Assembly: GCA_965200875.1 (NCBI GenBank)
Contig: OZ241456.1
Location: 608,001-672,000, forward strand
DNA: 64,000 nt
Origin: Bdellovibrionales bacterium
GTDB taxonomy: Bacteria > Bdellovibrionota > Bdellovibrionia > Bdellovibrionales > UBA1609
Reading direction: 5' to 3'
Each line of letters opens with the position of its first letter. Within the stretch, counting starts at the first letter, position 1. Shown piece after piece: positions 19,310 through 27,872 of this stretch. The notes beneath the pieces were generated by a model. That model was given only the letters and a program-made list of their open reading frames with translations, was not told the origin of the DNA and ran no database searches. The translations under genes and the position numbers were made by a program.

Positions 19310-20854
19310 TCATATTAAAGTTGTGTGTTTCTCATTTTGAAAATCTTTTCTCAGTTCTTTGAAAAAAGCGTAAAGAAGCAGACAAAGCAAAATAGAAAAA
19401 GGAAAAGCCATAACAATCACCAATAATTCCAAAGCTTTCATTCCTCCAAAGTAAATTATTGTCATTGCCAAAATACCTTCCAACACTGCCCAATAAACTT
19501 TACCTGATAAAGGGGCTTTAGTATGAGAAATACGATGCACAATATAAGAAGCGGAATCCGATGAAGTTATAAAAAACACCACGACAGCCAAAAGCGTGAC
19601 TACAGAAACTGTTTTTGCAAATGGCAAATGTTTGAAAAACTCAAAAATGATCAAGGAGTATTCAGTTTTTAAAAGAGGTTTAAGATCCATTATACCGGAG
19701 ATATGATGTTGAATGGCTGTACAACCAAAAACCACGAACCAAAAGCAGGACAAAATAGCTGGTGCAATAAGGCAACCAATTACAAATTGTTGAATAGTGC
19801 GTCCTTCAGAGATACGAGCGATAAATAATCCCACAAAAGGAGACCAGGCAATCCACCAAGCCCAATAGAGGATCGTCCATTGAGAACGCCACTCCACTGA
19901 GCCTAAGGAGTTAACATAAGTCATACTGCTAATCAGGTTTTGCAGATAAGCTCCTGTATATTCCACAAAGGAATTAAGCAAAAAAGCTGTAGGACCAGCC
20001 AAAAGCGTGAACAACAGCAATAAAACACAGATAAAAATATTAATTTCGCTGAGTCGGCGTATACCTCTGTTTAAACCGGACAATAAAGACAAAGTAGCAA
20101 CAAGAGTAATAACACAAATAATTCCACTTTGAACGGACTGGGAATAAGGAACACCAAATAACTCTTTTAAACCAGAGTTAATCTGCAAAGAGCCTCGACC
20201 CAAAGTCGTGGCAACACCAAATAAAATAACAGTTATGGATAAAATATCCATAGAAACACCAAGTATCTTTTTTGTTTTTTCTTTTATACTTCGCTCATCA
20301 CGATTTAAAAAAGGGAAAAACATACAGGAAATGTTGAGTGGCCGGTTTTTCCGAAAGAAAAAATAGGCCATTGCCAAACCCATAATGGTATAAACAGCCC
20401 AACCGGAAAAACCCCAATGTAAAAAAGTAAGCTGAAACGATAAAGCAAGAGACTGCTCTGTGCTTCCTTCTCCTACAGGGGGATAAAAATAATGGTGAAG
20501 AGGCTCATACACACCGGAAAACATTAAGCCTGTCCCCATTCCCGCACTGAAAAGCATGGAGATCCATGTAAAATTACTGTATCTTGGCTTTGAGATTAAA
20601 CCCAAACGCACTTTCCGGTAAGGACCAAAAGCAAAATAGAGGCAAACACAAAAAAAACAAAAAATCAGCAAAACATAGAACCAGGAAATATTAAGTACAA
20701 AAATATTTTGAATCCAAGATAAAACCTTAAAAAAGAAATCAGGAACTGCAAAAACCAAGCCCAAAATGGTAAAGACCAAGCAAGAAGCACCGATAAGTGC
20801 AGGACTCCAAAAGACTGTTTTTATTTCTTCAGATAGCTGTTTCACATTTGCCAA
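19310..20854 (-). CDS. BCCT family (betaine/carnitine/choline) transporter
   Basis: WISMLFSAGMGTGL, HWG, WT..YWAWWIAWSPFVGLFIARISEGRT, FFITSSDS. Confidence 0.93.
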   Translation of the reverse strand: MANVKQLSEEIKTVFWSPALIGASCLVFTILGLVFAVPDFFFKVLSWIQNIFVLNISWFYVLLIFCFFCVCLYFAFGPYRKVRLGLISKPRYSNFTWISMLFSAGMGTGLMFSGVYEPLHHYFYPPVGEGSTEQSLALSFQLTFLHWGFSGWAVYTIMGLAMAYFFFRKNRPLNISCMFFPFLNRDERSIKEKTKKILGVSMDILSITVILFGVATTLGRGSLQINSGLKELFGVPYSQSVQSGIICVITLVATLSLLSGLNRGIRRLSEINIFICVLLLLFTLLAGPTAFLLNSFVEYTGAYLQNLISSMTYVNSLGSVEWRSQWTILYWAWWIAWSPFVGLFIARISEGRTIQQFVIGCLIAPAILSCFWFVVFGCTAIQHHISGIMDLKPLLKTEYSLIIFEFFKHLPFAKTVSVVTLLAVVVFFITSSDSASYIVHRISHTKAPLSGKVYWAVLEGILAMTIIYFGGMKALELLVIVMAFPFSILLCLLLYAFFKELRKDFQNEKHTTLI

Positions 20855-20943
20855 CTTTATTTTTCAAATTAAAAAGAATATACTGTAAGTCGGTCTTGAT
20901 GTCGATGATAAAACCTTTCATGGCGCAGGATTTTGTATAAATA

Positions 20944-21030
20944 GTGGCACGTGAAAACGGGAATCTTGCTGGGTTTTAGGGAGATGTTTCATCTTTTTTC
21001 CTTAAGAAAACATACTTTTTCACAGGCTAC
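20944..21030. mobile_element. MITE-like repeat, short form
   Basis: GTGGCACGTGAAAACGGGAATCTTGCTGGG...CATACTTTTTCACAGGCTAC; close match to 30371-30455 and 60768-60834. Confidence 0.85.
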
Positions 21031-21126
21031 TATTTCGTAAGAAAATAAGGTATTTAAAACTGTAATGTAAATATTTCACTATTAAGAAAATAATTAGTAA
21101 TTTTCCGGTAAAATTATTATTTATTG

Positions 21127-21155
21127 TTGACAAATTTTTCACTGGTGACTATACA
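21127..21155 (+). promoter_or_regulatory. Sigma70-like promoter containing a solo MITE end
   Basis: TTGACA-N17-TATACA; the spacer contains TTTTTCACTGGTGAC; AAGGAGG SD downstream. Confidence 0.6.
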
Positions 21156-21194
21156 GTCGATCCTGAATAATGGTGTTTAATAAGGAGGGAAATA

Positions 21195-22253
21195 ATGATT
21201 AAGTTAGCTAAAAAAAAGATTTTTTTATTGTATTTTCTTTTACTTTTCTTGTCTGGATTTTCTTTTGCAGATGATGATAACAATCAAAGAATTTCAGAAC
21301 CGGGTTTGGAAGTAGTAGTAGGGAATATTAAGCAGGATATCGAGAACAAAAACCCGGAATCGGCTTTTAGAGTGTTCATGGAAAATATTCATTTGTTTCC
21401 ATCATTTGCATCAAGAAATGAATATCAGGAAATAAAAGTAAGAATTTTGAAGGAACTGCTGAAACAGTATGTAAGTAACACTTTGCCTACAAAAATATCA
21501 GAATATATAAATCAAGGAAACATATCAGCTCTGATACAGTGGATTAATAACAAAAAAGCCAGAGCAACAAAACTGTCAAGACATCATAATACTATAACTA
21601 TTATCTACTATACGATAGCTTATATGTATGCAACTGGTCTGAAAGTGGAAAAAAATAATACAGTAGCTGTAAACTATATACAGAAACTGTATACTCCCCG
21701 TGTTAAAAACGGAGGACTGAAAGGAAGAATGATATACGAATTGGCTTTGATGATGAGGTATTATATTGACCCGGCGATTATTTCTTACAGAAAAGGTATG
21801 AGGTTGTTGGCAACCAATAATCACTATAACAGTTTGATAGGTGTTAATTATATAAAAGACTCAGCATCAATGAATTACATGCCAGCTCAGGTTAAACTAG
21901 CTCTTATGCTTCGTAATGGTGAGTACATGGAAAAAAGCCCAAGGGTGGCTTTTGCACTAATGATGGAAGTGGCAGAAACACCTGTAAATAATATTGATGA
22001 TAGGGAGAGATTGAATTTGATTACTCGCGCTCAGGCAGAAGTCGCTGATATGTATTTAAATGAAAAGGATATTAAAGAGGGTATGCTCTCCCCTATGAGT
22101 GTGGAAAAAGCTCTTAAATGGGTAAGTAGAGGGTTCGAAACAGCGAATAAGACGACATTCTACTTAGATCCAGCAATACCAGAAATGAAAGAGCATGCAC
22201 TTGCTGGAGTGGAAAAACTCAGAAAATATTGCCAATTAGCTTTCTCTCGTTGA
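21195..22253 (+). CDS. Secreted Sel1-like repeat protein
   Basis: Signal peptide ending SFA; IAYMYATGLKVEKNNTVA and AQVKLALMLRNGEYMEKSPRVA repeats. Confidence 0.75.
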   Translation: MIKLAKKKIFLLYFLLLFLSGFSFADDDNNQRISEPGLEVVVGNIKQDIENKNPESAFRVFMENIHLFPSFASRNEYQEIKVRILKELLKQYVSNTLPTKISEYINQGNISALIQWINNKKARATKLSRHHNTITIIYYTIAYMYATGLKVEKNNTVAVNYIQKLYTPRVKNGGLKGRMIYELALMMRYYIDPAIISYRKGMRLLATNNHYNSLIGVNYIKDSASMNYMPAQVKLALMLRNGEYMEKSPRVAFALMMEVAETPVNNIDDRERLNLITRAQAEVADMYLNEKDIKEGMLSPMSVEKALKWVSRGFETANKTTFYLDPAIPEMKEHALAGVEKLRKYCQLAFSR

Positions 22254-22289
22254 ATTTGTGAGATTTTGTAGTTTATAATTTTTTCCAGT

Positions 22290-22478
22290 ATGAAAAGAAA
22301 ATTATCTATTGTTGTAGCTGTGTTTTGTATGGTTGTGCTGGGTCTTATTGTGAGTGGTTACTTCATGAAAGTAGCCCAAAACGAAGAGACAACAAATGAA
22401 CCTGTAGAGGAAATGTCATCAGAACCTCAACATGGAGATTCATCTCCTGAATCTGAAGGTTCATCTCCTGAAAAATAA
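22290..22478 (+). CDS. Small membrane-anchored hypothetical protein
   Basis: N-terminal TM helix and acidic Ser-rich tail. Confidence 0.55.
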   Translation: MKRKLSIVVAVFCMVVLGLIVSGYFMKVAQNEETTNEPVEEMSSEPQHGDSSPESEGSSPEK

Positions 22479-22564
22479 AAAAAAATAAAAAAATTCACTT
22501 GAAATATGTACAGTTTTATTTTAATCATAAGTAATTGAAAATATAGTAATTTTTGAGGTAAAAA

Positions 22565-22867
22565 ATGTCTTTCGGGAAAAGCCGGGTCAAAACATTGACA
22601 AAAGCTGATATTTACTTGGATTTGTACAACAAAATTGGTTATTCCAGACAAAAATCCGCTGAATTGGTAAATTCTGTTTTTGATATTACCAGAGAAAAAC
22701 TATGCTCAAATCACAATGTGAAGTTATCCGGTTTTGGTAACTTTGTGCTGAAAGATAAAAAGTCCCGTGTAGGGCGTGATCCAAAAACAGGGCAGGAGAT
22801 TCGTATTGAAGAGCGCCGGGTGCTTGTTTTTCATCCTAGTCCGATTTTAAGAAAAAAAGTTAATTAA
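22565..22867 (+). CDS. ihfA: Integration host factor alpha subunit
   Basis: LTKAD, VKLSGFGNF, GRDPKTG, RRVLVF.PS; upstream of a MerR-like gene. Confidence 0.88.
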   Translation: MSFGKSRVKTLTKADIYLDLYNKIGYSRQKSAELVNSVFDITREKLCSNHNVKLSGFGNFVLKDKKSRVGRDPKTGQEIRIEERRVLVFHPSPILRKKVN

Positions 22868-22903
22868 CTTTTTTAGTTTCTCGCGCGGGAGACGCAAACA
22901 ATT

Positions 22904-23332
22904 ATGTCAGTAGAAAGCACAAAAACTTCAGAATCAAAAAATGTAAAGTTTGGGCATTTTGATTCTGATTTAGCTTTTGAAATGCAAAATATACCTTCAA
23001 AAATATCTTTTAAAATCGGTGAAGTATCTGAGCTTTTAAATGTAAAAACTCATGTATTGAGATATTGGGAAGCAGAGTTTAAACACTTCCATCCACAAAA
23101 GATGGCCAATGGTCAGAGACTGTATTTTAAGAAAGATGTGGAAACTGCTTTCCTGATAAAAAAACTTTTGTATCAGGATGGCTTTTCAGTAAAAGGCGCA
23201 AGAAAATTTCTTAAAGAGCTTAAAAAAGAAAGTCGTCAGTACAAAAAAAAATCTTCTTCTGAAGAAAAAATTTTAAACAAAATAAATCAAATACAGAAAA
23301 ATATTTCTGTTATTCGTAAACTCATCAAGTAG
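22904..23332 (+). CDS. MerR family regulator (ihfA-associated)
   Basis: FKIGEVS.LL.V..HVLRYWE.EF, R.Y...DV, LLY..GFSVKGA. Confidence 0.9.
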   Translation: MSVESTKTSESKNVKFGHFDSDLAFEMQNIPSKISFKIGEVSELLNVKTHVLRYWEAEFKHFHPQKMANGQRLYFKKDVETAFLIKKLLYQDGFSVKGARKFLKELKKESRQYKKKSSSEEKILNKINQIQKNISVIRKLIK

Positions 23333-23362
23333 TGGTTTGTAGTGTCTCGGTCAAATGCTTTC

Positions 23363-25993
23363 TTACTTTTCTTTAAAAACCCTGTTCAAAGCTGATCGCC
23401 ATTCATCTTGTAAAACTAGGTCAAAAGTCATTTTTTGATCTTGTATTTCAATCGTTCCGGCAGGTGTAGACTGCTTGGAATATTCTGTTAAGAGATCAAA
23501 TAATTTCTTTTTGTATTTTGTATCTGGATTGTCTGTCAAGTGCTGTCCTTTTGTTTCTAGAATGGAAAAAGAAGGTGGCCCATTCTTTGGAGCTTTTAGA
23601 CAAACTAAAAAATCCGGGTAAATTTTATTCTTCTGCCAACCCTGTAAATGCCAGTCCTGCCTTTCTATAATCCGATGCCACCACTTGATAGCTGAATCTT
23701 CATCTAAATACCAAGCTACATTTTTCTCCAAGGGATTAAACTTCAACTCCTCCGTATAAATGTCTTCAAATAAAGAAAGTTGTAAATCTTTATTATTTTG
23801 CTTTCTTAAAACAGGGCTGTTATCTGTTATGGAAAATTGCAAGGTTTTTGCCATTTCCCAATTCAAATCTGGATCCCCAGCACTGACCAAATTAAATAAA
23901 ATCTCATTGTTTTTCAGTTTCTGCCTGAAAATCTTTTCCGTATTTTGGCTTATCTGATTTTGAAGATCATTTCTTAAAACATCCAGAATATGAAATCGGT
24001 TTGCATAAATTTTTTCTTTCTTATATTTTCTCTTCAAAGAAGATAAAGTTCTTTTGATTATCACACTTGCATCCCAGGGATTGGGAATTATATCTGAAAG
24101 CCTTTGGCACATAAAACCAAAATCCAAGTTCATATCTTCCAGACTTTCTTTTTCACTGGAATGATAGGAAGAAATAAAATCCAGCAGTTTTTTTATATCA
24201 ACCAGTGTATGGGATATGTCCGGGATTTTTTTATCTAAAAATAAATCCTTCTTGAATCTGAATTTTGACCAATCAATAGAAAAAAGCAAATCTGTTTCAT
24301 AACTCAAATTTCTTAAATGATTTCCCGATCGATATAAAATTTTTGGCAGGAAAATCTGCAAGCCTCTAAAAGGCTTTCTTCTTTTTACTTTGATATCTTT
24401 TATGATTTTTTTTATACCACCAAAATTCTTTATATCTCCCGCGAGGCCATCCATTCCCTCGTTTTCCAAACCTTTTCTGACACCCTCCACCGCTTGATTC
24501 ACATCCGGGTCCATACAAATCACATAAGATTGGTTTAAGGACTCTATTCCTGTTTTTCTTGTTTCAGGTTGTCTTAAAACTCTTCCTATCATTTGTTCAA
24601 TAGCTACAGGGGCTTTGGTGTTAGATAAAATTGTCAGGACATAAGCAAAGGGACAATCCCAGCCCTCCTTTAAAGCCTCTTTGGTTATAATGTATTTCAC
24701 ATCTGAATATTCAGACAGTAAATTCTCATTTCCTAGTTCATCTTTGCTGGCAGACTTCACTCTTACTTCTTTAGGATCCACATTAAAGTTTTTTATCAAA
24801 TACTCCCTTACATCCTCTGAATGGATAAATTTCTTTTCTCTTTGATCCGCTCCAGTTCTTTCGACTCTGATGAGCATGATAGGTCGGATATAACGGTTTT
24901 CTTTTATTTGTAGCTTCACTGTATCCTTTGAGAGTTTTTGTAAGGTTTCAAAGCCTTTGGCCAGAGCTTTTTTCCAGTCCTTGCTCTCCATGTTAAAAAT
25001 GTTAATAGGAAGTTTTATCATCTCCTCTTTTTTAAGATCTTCACCGGATACGGAAACCAAAACATTACTATGATGCTTTTTTTTATTGGGAGTGGCTGAA
25101 AGCTCCAAAATAAATCGGGGGTTAAAATCCATTAAGGCATTTTTTGCTTTCTCTGTATAAGCTCTATGTCCTTCATCAATCACAATTAAAGGCTGAATGA
25201 TCTTTAAAACATTTCCCAAACTGTGTTTTACTTCAGCGTGACCTAAATGGGAACTGCGAGTATCGAGATTCGGGCAAATCTGAAGTAGCTTTTCATTGCC
25301 TGAGAGGTCGCCTTCTTCCGGAAAAAAATAAGGGAAACAGCCTGAATCCTTGAACATTCTCAAAGTGTCTTTGGTTTGCCTTCCAGCAGATTGAAGCATT
25401 AAGAGAAAGACACATAAAGAACTATTAATGTCTTCCGGGGTAAAACTATCTGTCTTTTGTAAAATTCTCACTCTTCCTAAAGCAGACCGATCCAAAGTTA
25501 GTCTGTAAAGGCTTTCCCTGTCTCTTAGTGCTCTCAATGTTTGTTTGTAAATGGAATCACTTGGGACTACCCATAAAATAAGACCCGTGTTGCGTTCAAA
25601 AAAGTCTGTGTTGATTCGAGCTATTCCTGTTGAACCTAAAAGAGTTTTTCCTCCTCCTGTGGGGACTTTAAAGCATATATTCGGGACGGGTCTCCCCATT
25701 CCACTTAACCGACTTTTGTAAGAGGCGGGGACTTTCTGTTGGCTTTTAGGGATAAAAAAAGCTTCCTCTTTATCGATGACTTTTCTGGAGATTAAAGGCA
25801 GGATTTTTCTTTCGTTCAATTCCTCCCAAGTGTTTTTCGGGTAATTAAAATCTCCTTTTTCCCAATTTACAGATAGACCTTTTTCTTTTCTGTACTGAGA
25901 TAAAATCAAAGAATTTTCTTTTTTATCTTTTAAGGTATTGAGATAAACAGATAGTTTGTCCAAAACTCCTTCCTGATAATCCTTTAATTCCAA
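23363..25993 (-). CDS. res: Type III restriction endonuclease subunit Res
   Basis: VPTGGGKT, DEGH, LSATP, LKEGWDCP, QMIGRVLR, C-terminal PDF...ETKG nuclease motif. Confidence 0.9.
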   Translation of the reverse strand: MELKDYQEGVLDKLSVYLNTLKDKKENSLILSQYRKEKGLSVNWEKGDFNYPKNTWEELNERKILPLISRKVIDKEEAFFIPKSQQKVPASYKSRLSGMGRPVPNICFKVPTGGGKTLLGSTGIARINTDFFERNTGLILWVVPSDSIYKQTLRALRDRESLYRLTLDRSALGRVRILQKTDSFTPEDINSSLCVFLLMLQSAGRQTKDTLRMFKDSGCFPYFFPEEGDLSGNEKLLQICPNLDTRSSHLGHAEVKHSLGNVLKIIQPLIVIDEGHRAYTEKAKNALMDFNPRFILELSATPNKKKHHSNVLVSVSGEDLKKEEMIKLPINIFNMESKDWKKALAKGFETLQKLSKDTVKLQIKENRYIRPIMLIRVERTGADQREKKFIHSEDVREYLIKNFNVDPKEVRVKSASKDELGNENLLSEYSDVKYIITKEALKEGWDCPFAYVLTILSNTKAPVAIEQMIGRVLRQPETRKTGIESLNQSYVICMDPDVNQAVEGVRKGLENEGMDGLAGDIKNFGGIKKIIKDIKVKRRKPFRGLQIFLPKILYRSGNHLRNLSYETDLLFSIDWSKFRFKKDLFLDKKIPDISHTLVDIKKLLDFISSYHSSEKESLEDMNLDFGFMCQRLSDIIPNPWDASVIIKRTLSSLKRKYKKEKIYANRFHILDVLRNDLQNQISQNTEKIFRQKLKNNEILFNLVSAGDPDLNWEMAKTLQFSITDNSPVLRKQNNKDLQLSLFEDIYTEELKFNPLEKNVAWYLDEDSAIKWWHRIIERQDWHLQGWQKNKIYPDFLVCLKAPKNGPPSFSILETKGQHLTDNPDTKYKKKLFDLLTEYSKQSTPAGTIEIQDQKMTFDLVLQDEWRSALNRVFKEK

Positions 25994-26105
25994 TTAAGCC
26001 TCCATAAATTTTCTTTACTGTGGTTTTTTGACTCTTACTGTATCTTCCAATTTGTCTATGATTTTCAATTCTTTAAATTTGTAACATACAATTTTATATT
26101 TCCCA

Positions 26106-27830
26106 TCAAATCCCGATAATTTTATGAATATCATAAGGAAGCTGGCAAAACTGAATATTATAATCCTTTAATAGCTCTTTTTGGGTAAAGTATCTTGCTG
26201 GAGCAAAAACCAGACTTATCTTTTTTGATTGGTTGTTAAATTTTTTTATTTTTTCCGCCAGATCCAAATGCAAAGCACTCTCCTTGCTTTTTAGAAAATC
26301 CAAATCCGGTTTATAAACCAAATGAAGTTTGTAGGCTGATGTTTCCCCGATAAACCAAGATGGGTTGGTTTTAGGTAATATATCTAGGCTTTTTCCTGTT
26401 GCTGTATAAAATACATATTCTGCCAGCTGTTTATAGTCTGGGAGAGACTTTCCCTTTAAAAGATTTTCTGTGTTTATTGTTTGGCCCAAAGAGCAATAAG
26501 TAAAAGAACCTCCCAAACCTTTTTTTAATTTTTCAGCTTTGGCTTTAGGCACTCCGTTGATGACCCGGCGGACTCTCTCTGCTGTGATGGAATCTGCATA
26601 ATCTTCACACTCCACGAGAATAAACTTGCGGTTGCCTCCATCTTCTTTATTGAGGGACAAGACAGCTTCTGCTGTTGTGCCCGAACCTGCGAAGGAATCT
26701 AAAACTATATCATTTTTTCCGGCTTTAATAATTTTTAAAATATAAATCAGAAGTTCTTTCGGTTTTGAATAACTAAAGTCCACTCCTAAATTTTTTAAAT
26801 AATCGGAGCCTCTTCTATTTAAAAATTCTTTTTCTGATAAAAAGTCTCTTGGTTTTACTCCTGTTATTTTTCTGTCACTTAAATAACTTTTTGTATATAT
26901 GTTGTAAGACGCTTGTTTTCCTTCACTATTCAAAAGCGGAGATTTCTGGGTTTTTTTAAAAACCAAAAGATCTTTTTTCTTATTATAAGTTTGATAGCTC
27001 CATCTCCAAACTTTATCATTTTTATTTTTTGGTTCTATATATTCTGCATCTGCTTTTTTTTGAGGAAGGTAGTCTCCCGGAGGAATTACTAAAGATCCAT
27101 CGGGGCATTTTATGTAATACCTTTGATTAGAGCATCCTCTCATAGGATCTAATGCAGATTGATATAAAGCAACATCATCTCTATAAATACCTTTTTTATC
27201 AACTTTTTTATACAAACTTTTATCCACTTCACTATAAAAATCAGAAATCAAGTGTTTATTTTTGGAAAAAGCTATCAAATAATCACAAGATGGAGCAAAA
27301 TGACTCCCCTTATCACTCGCTGTTTTGGAAACTCTGGTCACAAAACCTATAAAATGTTGTTCTCCAAAGATCTCATCCATTATCATACGCAAATGGTGTT
27401 GTTCATTTTCATCAACACTGACAAAAATCACACCGTCATCAGCAAGTAACTCTTTTAATAGTTCCAGCCGTGGCCACATCATGCAAAGCCATTTATCATG
27501 TCTTTCCAAGTCGTCTGGGCCGATGCCATTTTGTTTCAGCCATTCTTTCATTATAGGGCTGTTGACTTTATCGTTATACTTCCAACCTTCAGTTCCTGTA
27601 TTGTAGGGTGGATCAATATAAATACACTTTATTCTTCGGGAATATCTGGGTAAAAGAGCTTTTAAAGCGTGAAGGTTATCTCCGTGAATAATCAGATTAT
27701 CCTCTAAAGAAGGGTTTGCGTTTTTTTCACCGGAAAAGGATTTTTTTTTGTCAACCTGCAATGAACGAAAAGGAACTCCATGATGATGAGAACGTATCAC
27801 AGACTTTCCTTTAAAATCCAAAACTGGCAT
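26106..27830 (-). CDS. mod: Type III DNA adenine methyltransferase Mod
   Basis: IHGDNL.ALK, IYIDPPYNTG, KP, DSFAGSGTT. Confidence 0.92.
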   Translation of the reverse strand: MPVLDFKGKSVIRSHHHGVPFRSLQVDKKKSFSGEKNANPSLEDNLIIHGDNLHALKALLPRYSRRIKCIYIDPPYNTGTEGWKYNDKVNSPIMKEWLKQNGIGPDDLERHDKWLCMMWPRLELLKELLADDGVIFVSVDENEQHHLRMIMDEIFGEQHFIGFVTRVSKTASDKGSHFAPSCDYLIAFSKNKHLISDFYSEVDKSLYKKVDKKGIYRDDVALYQSALDPMRGCSNQRYYIKCPDGSLVIPPGDYLPQKKADAEYIEPKNKNDKVWRWSYQTYNKKKDLLVFKKTQKSPLLNSEGKQASYNIYTKSYLSDRKITGVKPRDFLSEKEFLNRRGSDYLKNLGVDFSYSKPKELLIYILKIIKAGKNDIVLDSFAGSGTTAEAVLSLNKEDGGNRKFILVECEDYADSITAERVRRVINGVPKAKAEKLKKGLGGSFTYCSLGQTINTENLLKGKSLPDYKQLAEYVFYTATGKSLDILPKTNPSWFIGETSAYKLHLVYKPDLDFLKSKESALHLDLAEKIKKFNNQSKKISLVFAPARYFTQKELLKDYNIQFCQLPYDIHKIIGI

Positions 27831-27850
27831 GATGTCCCCCATTGTTGATT

Positions 27851-27869
27851 ATACTTTTTCACAGGCCAT
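27851..27869. repeat. Solo MITE terminal repeat
   Basis: ATACTTTTTCACAGGCCAT followed by TATTTA, matching the end of the 38523-38642 copy. Confidence 0.65.
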
Positions 27870-27872
27870 TAT

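Noticed and set aside
23333..23362. tRNA-Pro or att site after ihfA-merR
   Set aside because: The gap is only 30 nt and has no tRNA-like sequence
26106..27830. Phase-variable mod gene
   Set aside because: No simple-sequence repeat beyond A/T runs common throughout this window
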